DNA of 63,766 bases, filler included, from Reticulomyxa filosa (lineage: Eukaryota > Protista > Foraminifera), in assembly GCA_000512085.1 (NCBI GenBank). It is 23 parts of 23 records of this genome, joined end to end, with 100 filler letters (N's around TTAATTAATTAA, not from the genome) between each part and the next. Parts side by side here need not be neighbours in the genome. Positions count along the whole stretch, not along the records: positions 32,410 to 42,153 come from ASPP01019429.1; positions 42,254 to 43,487 come from ASPP01027759.1; positions 43,588 to 46,589 come from ASPP01006354.1; positions 46,690 to 51,015 come from ASPP01026393.1; 19 more parts are not named here. One strand, 5' to 3'. Positions 36,727 to 47,792 of the stretch are shown here, in pieces. Position numbers and translations under genes: made by a program. The notes beneath the pieces are model-generated. The model was not told the origin of the DNA. It made no database searches and was given only the letters and a program-made list of their open reading frames with translations. Numbering within the stretch: the first letter of the stretch is position 1; every line of letters begins with the position of its first letter.

Positions 36727-39700
36727 CCAATGCAGTTCAACTGTCTCAGTAGCTCCATAATTTTTTGCAGTGGCTCTTTTTCGAAAATGTCACAAACTCT
36801 TTGGTCAAATTTTTGTAAAAATGTAAAAATGTTGTGTTTTAATTGCTGGGAATGTTCAACGGAACCGTTTTGCAGCAGTCTGTAGTAAGCCACTTCAATC
36901 TGATTAAACAGCCGGTTTTGTGGTGGATGATAACGGAAATACAACGCAGATGGACAGCATTGCACTATCGTAGGGAAGATAGTTCCCGACACTGTCACCT
37001 GTCGAAGAGGAGTTTGTCCTTCTGCCAAAACCACGCTTGCCAATCCAACGGTATTCAATAGACGACATCCTTGGATATCCAAAGTGGATAAAGCCGTGCT
37101 CCCTGTTTCAATATTTTGAATGGTGGAGCACTCACTAAGATGGAGTGACTGCAAATTCGGAGCCTTCAACTTCAGACTCCCTAATGAAATGGCACCAACC
37201 ATTTCCCATTTTCGTAAGGCGGATAAGTTTGTCAATAACTCCACTTCTTTCAAATGCTTGCAATGATTGGCTCGGAAATGCTCCAGCTTGGATGCTTTAA
37301 GCTTCAGCAATGTGACCAATCCAGATTCGTCCAGAACTAACTCCGTTACAGATGGGAATATCACCAATGGACCCGCTCCTTGCACTTTGTGACAGCGCTT
37401 TGCGATCAGAGTTTTTAAAGCTTGACATTGACTTGCGATTTTGGCCAATCGCTCATCGTCAAGTATGGTGTCACTCAAATCCAGCCAAGTTAACTCCGAC
37501 ATCCCACTCAGCAAAATGCAAATGTCAATGCTCGGCACATGTTTCGAACTTTGTGAGTTTGTCCGAGTCTTTAAAAAAAGGAGTTGCATCCGTATAAAGA
37601 CAAGTCCCGAAAAGGACGTGCTTTTACAATTTGCAACAGCTTACATTGCTGTTCGTTTGAAAAGATGCCCCAGTTCAAGTGTGGCAAGCCACTCTCTGGG
37701 TCGCCTTTCAATACAATGGATTGATGTCCCAAGGACTCCAATTCTTCGAACACTCTAAAGTTCCCGGCCGACACTTCACTGCAAATAGTGTCCAGTTCTT
37801 GGTGGTTGTAACCAAGTGAATTAATCTCCTTCAATGCCGCCTCCGGTGTCAAATCTTCGAGTCCCCAATATGTCGCTCCTAAGGTGGTCTCTCTAGACTC
37901 CACGCCGGTAGTCACATGGTACAAAGCACGGGTGTTTGATGTCAGCACTCCATGTTCATTTACTTTATACCTACCCAAGTCTGCCAAACGTTGGATCGGG
38001 GTTGTGTACTGCTTCAATGCATTGCTATATGCGACTCCAACTTTTGGATGGAGCTGAAGCAAACAGTCCAGCCCGGTCAAGTTGGGATTGCATTTTAATA
38101 AACGATGGAGCCTCAACCATCTGCTGTACACAGCAAAGGCATCACCTTTCTTAAGAGAAATGGGGACAAAGCAATGCTTTGTTGACAATTTTTGCCACTG
38201 ACAAATCGTTTCTGAAGGGAATAGCTTTGTGTACAATGCATCTTGCGCTTGCGCGTCTCGGAATATCGCTTCGATAGTGCGTCTTGCGTCCAAGTGCAAG
38301 AAGCGCTCTCTTGCGGCAGAATTGATTTGCTGTTGCATCTGATCGAGACAAAACAAAATAGTTTTCATTTGTAATGTCAGAGCTCCACTGTTTTTATCCT
38401 GGAGCCAATCCGGAAAAAATGCATGGTCGTGATCAATACTCACGAATGAGTCTCGTCCATTGCCCACATTTTTGACAATGTAATTGATTGGCAAGCCATC
38501 TTCTGGATTGGTTAGCAATGCCACAAATAAGAGCTCCGAGTAATGTTGTGGCTCCAGTTTTGTCAGTCTATCAGGCTCGTTATCAAATACCTCTTGCAAC
38601 GTAGGCCCGTGAATGGCCTCGGAGCAAAGCACTGGCAATGTGGCACTTGCACATTGCAAACATACCAACTCACTGAAGTACGTCCCATGTCCTGCAATGC
38701 GACTGTGGAACTGTTCGATCAAATAACTTACGCCCGGACGTTCGGGCCAAGCTTTGGCATAAATGCTTGGCAGCGTTTCAGAGTGCAAATAGATTGGAGC
38801 CACACTGTTTTGGTCATCGGACATTCGATAACTTTGGAGTCGGCCATTGTCATCCAACAATTGACTGGCTACGTTTTTTTTCAGAGGCCTCCGGCCACCG
38901 AGCAATGGGCTGTTGAATGTGGGTTCATTTGGGAGTGGAGGTCGATCTTCCACCAGCTGTTGGAGCATATGTTTCCAGCGTTTTTCCTTCCTCCCAAAGC
39001 ACAGTCTCTCCACATTGATCCGGCAAACGTCGTAATTTCGCCAAAACGGAGCCAATAAAGTGTTGCATCCCTTCGTCAGCCGACCGCTGCAAGATGACCA
39101 AATTCTGACAAAATGCAAGTCGAACTTCAATGCCGACCAGTTTTTGATAGATGCTTTGATACGTATCCAATTCTCGATGTTTCATCAGCAAGACATAAAC
39201 AAGTCTGGACAGGCTCGATTTATTGTTCGTGACGTCGATACCGAGCTCCGTTTCACATTGTTTGAGCAAAGTAATCTTCTGCTTGGTCACTCCATCAAAT
39301 GCAGGTCTCAGCAAAGTGAGCAAATGACATAGCGAACGAGATGGCACTGACGCAAATGCGCCTCGCTTCTGCTCACTTCGAAACCAGCTTACAATAGCCA
39401 AGTCGGCATCAAGTTTGGAGTGCTTCTTGTCGTCACTCCATTGTTGTATACGTGTGTTCCATTGCGCGTGATACGTTGCGAGTTCTTGTTGGCAGTTGTG
39501 GAGCCACTCCCGACGCAATTGGTGTCGATCCACCGTATTCGTCAAATTGTTTCTCCCGTGGACTTCCAGCTCCTCTACAAATGCTGATTTGTCTTCGGGA
39601 ATGCCGAGCAAGTCTCTGCACAGTTCCAATACCTCCAAACTCAAGTTGGACTGCACACAAGTGTATGCCCATTTGCGAGCCTGCAACTGGCTCCAAGTTT

Positions 39701-42142
39701 TCAAATACTTTGTTTTGCGAGCCACCTGCAAGTACCATGTATTATGCGTATGTACCTCCAAAAGTAGTGCCTCCAAATCGTGTGGATTCAAGCAATAGCG
39801 CATTTTATGCCATCGAATGATATGGTCAATGTCATTAAACCTTGCCTTTTCAATGGCGTCGGGTTGATACAATATTGCTTTTTTCAGACATTGCGGACTT
39901 GCTTCCTGTTCCCATTGCTTGGCACATTGATAGAGTGGCCAGAGAATGCCAAACATACCTTTTAGCACATCTTGTTCCTTTGAGCTCAGTACGTAAGGCC
40001 GAATTTCGGAGGGAGTGAACTGCGTGTTGGGTTGATGGAGCCACTCGTAAGCCGACTCATAATGCAGCTGCGTTACGAAACTCCAGTGCAAGGCCTGACA
40101 AAGTAGGTACTCCAAATGTTGAACGGAGTCAAAAGAAAGAGCTTTGAGCTCACGCAATTTGATCAATTGCGCAGAGAGATGCACTTTCTTTACCCTATAA
40201 AATAGCACCAAAGCCAACAGCATTTGTTGCGGCAACAGAAACAATTGTTCTTTCACCGATACGCCAACGCGTCCTCTTTGCAAAGCATTGGCGGCTTGCA
40301 CCATAGGATGGAGTCCCTCCACTACTTGTCGAACAAGTTCCAGAGCCAGATCTTCGCGCAAATAGCGAGGACTCAACCAACTTTGCAAATTGCTGTCGAG
40401 ACACTGGCGCAAGGTCTTTTGATACGTAGCGAACAATGGCTCCGAACCTGCGAATACGTAGCTGTGCAAGAGAATCTGTCGGTCCAGCAGCTGCCAGTAG
40501 TGTCCCTTCTGCACATTGGCGAGCTCGTCCGGAGTGCGCAGCAGCAAGTCAGGGATGCGATGCGGCATGTAATAATGATTTGCATGCAAGCCGTGGCGCA
40601 CGATTTCGAGCGCCTCAGTCGAGTTCTCGAATAAGTGAAGCAGTTCTCAGGAGTCTCGCCGAGGCCAATCAGCACCACCTCGAACATGGAGCAGGCATGC
40701 ACGAAGAAGTTGCGCACGTGCGAACTGTTTTCGGCTATCAAGCAAGCCGCCTTTACATTGCCATAAGGCGTGATATCAGCACCCAATAAGAGCATGGCAT
40801 AAGAGCAAGGACATGGAGGCAGTCGTTGCATTACAAAGCTCCAAATGCTTTCCAAAAAGCCACACAATCCCGTTGTCAATTGCACTGCAATTTGAGGATA
40901 TAAAAAGCAAGAATTTGTTGTTTTCATCGTTGTCGCTGTCGTTATTGTCGTTTCTGTTTCTTTGGTGACACAATTGGCTCTGAGTTTGGCCAACCGCTCC
41001 GTCCACGAGTCGTATACGTTGTCCGGAACGGAGTGTGTGGATTCGGGCAGAGCATGTGCTAAAATTCGGAGTCTCTGCGAGTATGCGTAGCGACTCCAGA
41101 GCCAGAAGGCAGTGTCGGACTTGGCATGTTGTTTGGCCACCACGCATGCAGCGGCAGCATAGCCCATGGCCTGTCGATACAATGTGTGAGCAATAAGATT
41201 ATCCGCAGTATTAGTAGTAGTAGTACATGCCACATGTGCAAGGACGGCATCACTAACGGCTAGCAAACATGCCACAGCTACCTGAGGCGCTGTCTGCAAC
41301 GTATGTGCAATCAGCGCTACGTACTCACTCCGACATGTCAGCAGCTGCGTCCGAAAGAAGCTCTGTAATTCATTACCGACAATGGAGGAGGATTTTGGAA
41401 AAGCAAACTGTGTCGCCTGCGCGCGATCGAAACGAACCTGCCATGCAATTTGTGTATTGGCATCGATGACGACACTCCAATCAATGGTCGGACGTATAAA
41501 CGACGCCAGAGCTACATGCCCAGACTTTAGAGCCTCATGCTCGGCACGGTCTCCATTCACCGTCAGCAAACATATGTCCGCTCCTTGGTGCAAGAGCCAT
41601 TGCACCGTGCTGCGCTGTCCATAACGTGCCGCCTTGTGCAGCGCCGTATATCCATAGCGATTGGCTTGGTTCACGTCAAAGCCTGGTAACATGTCCAACA
41701 TCCATAACATTACTCTATGCTGTCCGGTTGCTGCCAAGGCGTGCCATACGGTGCTCCCTTCCTCGTTTGCTGTGTTCAGCATGCTCGCCATCTGGTGCAC
41801 GTCCATGTGCTTGCGCAACCATGACGTCGCTGCCTCTATATTTTCACTGTTACTGCGCTGCGCGCCGTCTGCCCAATAAAAACAAATGTTCTGCTGCGAG
41901 TCGTCACGATACTCCAATAGAGTCTTGTCTTGCCTCAATAGTACTGTCGCGCAACTCCATCTTCCTCGTCGCAGCGCCAGGAGCAACAACTTCAACACAC
42001 TCTTCTTTGCTTCCATGTGCTTCTCGAGCCATGTCTCAAGCTCTTTGCCACGATCTTGAAGTACTAAATCCTCAATTGTCAACACCGGGGGTAAGATTGG
42101 CTCTGGTCCGTCTGGAGTGACTGTTTCATCAAACATCATCAT
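35397..42142 (-). CDS. Giant multidomain protein: ankyrin repeats, degenerate DUF294-like nucleotidyltransferase with helical C-domain, PI3/4-kinase/HipA-like kinase, LRR, HEAT, C-terminal helical domain (about 2250 aa; three frameshifts)
   Basis: Four overlapping same-strand ORFs joinable by single-base shifts near 40640, 38985 and 37575. GYTALHKAARYGQ; PPCPCSYAMLLLG..TPY..LIGLGET; SVKEQLFLLP; LLTNPEDGLPINY..SIDHDHAF; LTWLDLSD/LSTLDIQGC; LKDKNRKVSEKAEAILG. Confidence 0.75.
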
Positions 42143-42329
42143 TTTTTTTTTTTNNNNNNNNNNNNNNNNNNNNNNNNNNNNNNNNNNNNNNNNNNNNTTA
42201 ATTAATTAANNNNNNNNNNNNNNNNNNNNNNNNNNNNNNNNNNNNNNNNNNNNGTGAACATTGACCTTTTCATTGTAGAATGATTTATTAGGTTTGAAAT
42301 GAAAGAAAAAGAAAAAGAAGAAGAAGAAA

Positions 42330-43487
42330 AGAAAAGAAAAGAAAAAGAAGCAAAAACTGCCTATCAATGGTATTAGAGACATAAGGACTATTTCAAGAAA
42401 TAAAGCAAATGGCAATGAATTGTGCAACAAGTATGAGCTTATCGAGTGAATCAAGTAGACATTGTAAATGAAGAGGATCGACGCAATCAATCCCTAAAAG
42501 GTATTGACACATGTCACCAAGACTATAATAAATTGTTATGGGTTCTATTTATTGAAATAAAACACAAGTAACAATCCACAGCAACATTCAGATTAATACA
42601 CTACTTCAATCAAGCCATCAATATGCACAATTTGTCCAAATATCATTCATTACTTTTCACAGTATTTGCGATATGTTATATATAGATCCAATATCGACAC
42701 ACCAAAGACGCATGGAGACATTTCCGATATTCAATTGGTATGATTTTCGTGTTGATTTGGTGGCAGATATTAAAGTCGTTGTATTTTGCAATTTGATTGC
42801 AAAAGGACTATTGCTATTGTCGTCAAAAAAGATTGGCAGGAAATGATTGAATTGGATTATTTCACTCTATGATCGAATACCTTTGAAAGATTGAAGTTAA
42901 AAAACATGGATTATTTTTGTCTTTCTTATAAAAATTTGAACTAATTTTTTATTTGTTTGTTTGTTGTTTTTACAACAACCAGAATACGTTAATCCACAGG
43001 CGGTGTATATGGTGGAATCCGCAAATGAAGAAGAAGATGATGTGCAAAAATGTTGGAGCAAATACTGCTGTCTTAGTAATAACGGATGCGTTACAAAAAC
43101 TAAAAAAAGATTTGACGTGCAAACAATATCCAGAAGGCAATAATATAGTGACTCTTCCATGATAAATAACCTCAACGACAGCAATAGTATCAGTGCAAAA
43201 GAGATTGGATCGGGAAACAATATTGGTACGTCTACAATATCGGAGGTACCATCTCCACTTAGCCAAATACAAATTGGTGAATCTTTTCAAGGGGATATTC
43301 TTCTCATAATCACATACCACATATCGTCCTTGTAATAATACATGCGTTCTCAAAGATCACTCCATTTTATCAAATACATGAACAGTCCTTCCATTGTACA
43401 TACAAGCACAATCCATCATTCTGCTTCGATCCTCTTCTCCATTAATGCCCAGACACAAAGTGGTAGCTTGACACATTAAACAATGAT
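42330..43487 (-). pseudogene. Decayed membrane-protein-like fragments
   Basis: Hydrophobic stretch IASILFIYNVYLIHSISSYLLHNSLPFALFLEIVLMSLIPLIG among short broken ORFs. Confidence 0.25.
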
Positions 43488-43613
43488 NNNNNNNNNNNNN
43501 NNNNNNNNNNNNNNNNNNNNNNNNNNNNNNNTTAATTAATTAANNNNNNNNNNNNNNNNNNNNNNNNNNNNNNNNNNNNNNNNNNNNTTAAAAAAAAAAA
43601 AAAAAAAAGGTAG

Positions 43614-46555
43614 TCTGTGGAATCGATCACAAGATATGAGACAGGATTGATCGGACTGCAATGGGACAACATCCACGAAGTTTTGCACACACACACACAC
43701 ATAAATATATATATATGTATCTATGATGTTGTGGATTGAAACGTGCAGGAATATTCGTACTTTCGTTTTCGCAATGCGATATTGATAATGGGCATGGACA
43801 CGATAATGTACATGCTATTGACGCTGTATTTGGACAGCGTTTGGCCGAGCCGCTATGGACAACGTCAGCCGTGGTACTTTGTGTTTCAGAAGTCGTATTG
43901 GTGCTCGAGCATGCAGAAGAGGCGGCAGGCATCGACGGAAGAGAAGTGCACGTTAATGGAGTCAGACGTATACGAGTCCGTGGAGGACGAGTTGGTAAAA
44001 AAGGGCGCCGCAATATCAATCCGCGATCTGAGAAAGACATTTGGCGAAGGGTTTGGTCAAGTGGAAGTGAAGGCCGTGGATGGAGTGTCATTGAACATGT
44101 ACGAAGGCCAAGTGTTTTGTCTGTTGGGACACAATGGCGCAGGCAAGACGACGACGATTAGCATGCTGACAGGACTGCTGGAGATAACCGAGGGCGAGGT
44201 GCGAATCTGCGGACACAGCGTGAAGACGAACATGCGAGACATCCGCAAGATCATGGGAGTGTGTCCACAACATGACGTTTTGTGGCCTCATTTGACCTGT
44301 CGGGAGCACTTGGAGTTGTTTGCACTATTGAAGGGCGTGCGCAAGGAGAGAGTGATCGAGGAGGCGAAGAAGGCATTGCTGACAGTTGGGTTGATTGAGA
44401 AAGAGCACGAATTCCCGTCGCATATGAGTGGAGGACAAAAGCGCAAGCTGTCCTTGGCCATTGCATTGATTGGAGGCAGTAAGGTGGGTTTTTAGATGAG
44501 CCGACCAGTGGCATGGATCCGCAATCGAGACGCGCTATATGGGATCTGATCGAACGGGAAAAGAAAAACAGAGCCATTGTGCTGACTACTCATTTCATGG
44601 ACGAAGCCGATATCCTTGGCGATCGCATTGCCATTATGTCCGCTGGTACTGTACGTTGCTGTGGATCTTCTCTGTTTTTGAAACAAAAGTTTGGAGTCGG
44701 TTATACGTTTGTCGTCTCACTGGAAGCCGGAGTTAAGCCCATCACCGTCAAGTCTGCCATTGACAATCTAGTTCTGGGCTCCGTTCAAAGCGCGTCGGTC
44801 CTCTCAGTTGCCGGAGGCGAAATCTCGTATCGCTTGCCCTTCTCCGAAACTGCCGTCTTCCCGTCAATGTTCGAGTCCTTGGACGCGCAAAAGAAAGAGT
44901 TGAAAATTACTGGCTACGGCGTGTCGGCTACCACTTTGGAGGAGGTGTTTATGAAAATCGGAGAGGACTTTGGAGCCACTCCAGTTGCAAGTGCGTCCAA
45001 GTCCAACATGGATGATGACTCCAAACTCCAAATTACCCCCGTAGGGCATGTAACAAGAGCCACAAATGCAAAAGAAAATGAAGACGATGGGGAAAACGAA
45101 GGATTGGCAAAGATGTTTGCACAACCGACCTTCCGCTTGGCACAGCAACAAGAGTGCTTCGTGCTGCTTGCACATACATGGGCCATTTTGTACAAGCGAC
45201 TTTGGTGGGCAGTCCGCGACGTCAGAGCCATGTTTTTTGTCATCGTTCTGCCATGTCTGCTTGCCGCGTTAAACTTTGGAGTGCAAAACTTGCAGCTGGC
45301 CATCGACTATCCGAATTTGATTTTCCACGTTGATCAATGGTTTATATATATATATATATATGTATATGTATGTATATATACATATATATATTATTTGTTT
45401 ATATGAATGTATCATAGGTATCCACCAAAAGAATATCAGGTCCCTTTTGCAACTTTTACTGGCTCCGTATCTTCTGTAAACGAGCTGTACAACGACAACC
45501 AATGGGAGATGACGTACGAGACGAGCTTATCAAAACAGTGGGGCTCTATTGTAAAGTATGGAGTGAACAGTGGGAGCGCAGCAAGCAATGCGACAACATT
45601 GGAGTGGAAAAGACAGCTATTCGAGAACAGAGGTGGAGATGAAGAGACACAAGCACGACATTACACGAGTGTGTATTTGGATCCTTTGAGCATCGATCAA
45701 GTGTCTGCAGGGTTTAACTTGTCCGCGTCGCATGGATTTCCTACAGCTTTGAGCATGGTTGATAACTGGCTGTTGCAATACTTGGTGCCGTCGACTGCGG
45801 CCAGCATTGTCACCTCCACACATCCATTGCCAGCGACAAAGGCCGAAAAAGTGTACGCCGGGAGCATCGCCGGCTTAACGGCATCCCTCACGTTGACAAT
45901 CGCCTTAGTGTTTGTTCCCGTCGGCATTGTGTTCCCGGTGGTGCAAGAACGGAGGCAGCAAATGAAGCATCAGCAAATGGTATCTGGAGTGTCGTTTGTA
46001 AGCTATTGGTTGGGACAATTGATCGCCGATTTCATGGTGTCTTTACCGACGTGTGCATTGATTGTAATGATGGTTCACATCTTTGACGTCACGGCCTTCA
46101 AGGGAGATGCCGAGCTTGTATTTGTCGCTGTCATGCTGTTGTTCTTGCTCTCCGTGCTGCCTCTGACGTATCTGCTGTCGTTGCTGTTTGACTCGCCCGA
46201 CAAGGCGCAGGCGTCATTCACCGCGCTGTACATCTTGCTGGGATTGGTGCTGTCCATCGTCACGTATGTGCTCATGATCATTAGCGAACAGACCAAACAA
46301 ATCAACGACGTGCTGGAATACTTCTTTCGAGCATCTCCGATGTACTGCGTCGCTCACTCATTAATCCTCGTTTCCTTCAAACCCTCCGTTTCTCCCGATC
46401 TGAGCTATTGGGACTCCAAAATTAGTGGAAGGAGTCTGTCCGCCATGGCCGTCGAGGCCGTCGTTTACTTTGTCTTGCTCTTGACTGTCGAATACGTATC
46501 CGGATTCCCCTCTTTGATGACACAACTGGGATTCACTGTCGACGCACCAAAACCA
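43614..46555 (+). CDS. ABCA-family lipid transporter (end of TMD1, NBD1, TMD2; internal fragment)
   Basis: [11 protein letters not shown] (Walker A), [32 protein letters not shown] after a frameshift at 44486-44495, [43 protein letters not shown]; introns at ~43680-43748 and ~45340-45417. Confidence 0.95.
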
Positions 46556-47299
46556 GTTCTTTTGTTTGTTTGTTTGTTTGTTTGTTTGTNNNNNNNNNNN
46601 NNNNNNNNNNNNNNNNNNNNNNNNNNNNNNNNNTTAATTAATTAANNNNNNNNNNNNNNNNNNNNNNNNNNNNNNNNNNNNNNNNNNNNTTGACAGAAAA
46701 TGATAGGGTGTAAAAGATGACTGTAATGAACAAGAATATCACGAGTGCAAATCCGTAGAAATAATGTGGAGCCATTGCAAATGTATCCACATTTGATGTT
46801 ATATTGTTCCTCGTATTGCTCTAACTCATCAATCTACTTTCTTGTTGAATGTGTCTTCGAAGTAATTGAGACCAAGGTGTCACTGCTGCACTTATCTGAT
46901 AAATGCTCTTTGTGCCCTGATTGTGCAAGCGAGCTAGATTTACTGTACTTTGCATAGCTCCTTGTCTGTGTGTTTTTGTGTTTCTGGGAAACGAAATCTA
47001 ATCAGTAAGTAATGGAGAACGAAGGGGATTACTTGTATCTTAATTAGTTAGTTTCTGAAGCAAAAATAAATGTTTTAAATGAGAGCAAAATCCTGAGTGC
47101 CTTGCCAAAAGTTCAATAATAATTTGAAAAGTTCAAACAAAAGACGCATTTGGTAATTTTTAATTGCAGTGTATCAAATTTGCAGTGATAAAGAATAGCT
47201 GACGTTTCAATGAATAGAATCATTTTTAAAAGGGTAGAGTTTCTTAAAACAACTTTTAAAATATAATGGAACAAATGCATTAATTCAGTGCTCATGTCA

Positions 47300-47792
47300 A
47301 TCAATAGCCTTTGTTTGGATTTGGCTTTGACAGTCATTGTTAGCACCAAGGCCGTCTTATCACTTCGCAAATCGAATAAAAACACTTGCGACAGCCCGCC
47401 ACGCAAACATTGGGATCCATTTTCGATCAACCCGAGCCATTGATCGTCATGGGTTGTTCCAACTTCAAATAACCGACCCGTTATTTCCCTTTCATTACGC
47501 ACTTGTCTTTACAAAAATCCCATATTTCCACAGAACGATCATTCCCACCAATGGCTATGTACGGAACAACCAGTAAGTATTGTTTTGCAAAAAGACTGAC
47601 ATTTTTATAATAAATTGAAATACTTTTCACCAATAACTTTTTTAACTTATTTTCTAAATAGCTATTAAACCCACTCAATAAAATAAACTGAAGGTCTGTA
47701 TGTACAAATGCAGTGCCATATCTTCGAAAATTGAATTGTTGAAGCAAGTAAAGCATGTTTGGAATAACACGGAAAATGTTATGTACTTTCAC
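47300..47792 (-). pseudogene. WD40-like pseudogene fragment
   Basis: PYIAIGGNDRSVEIWDFCKDKCVMK and VFLFDLRSDK in broken frames. Confidence 0.4.

Noticed and set aside
35397-42142. Contaminating bacterial endosymbiont contig
   Set aside because: It is contiguous with histone H2A and a spliced EF-hand gene, and contains poly-Q typical of the host. A chimeric join is not fully excluded.
42154-46589. Apparent gene neighbourhood linking the giant gene, ABCA and others into an operon-like system
   Set aside because: They lie on different contigs separated by spacers, so there is no linkage information.
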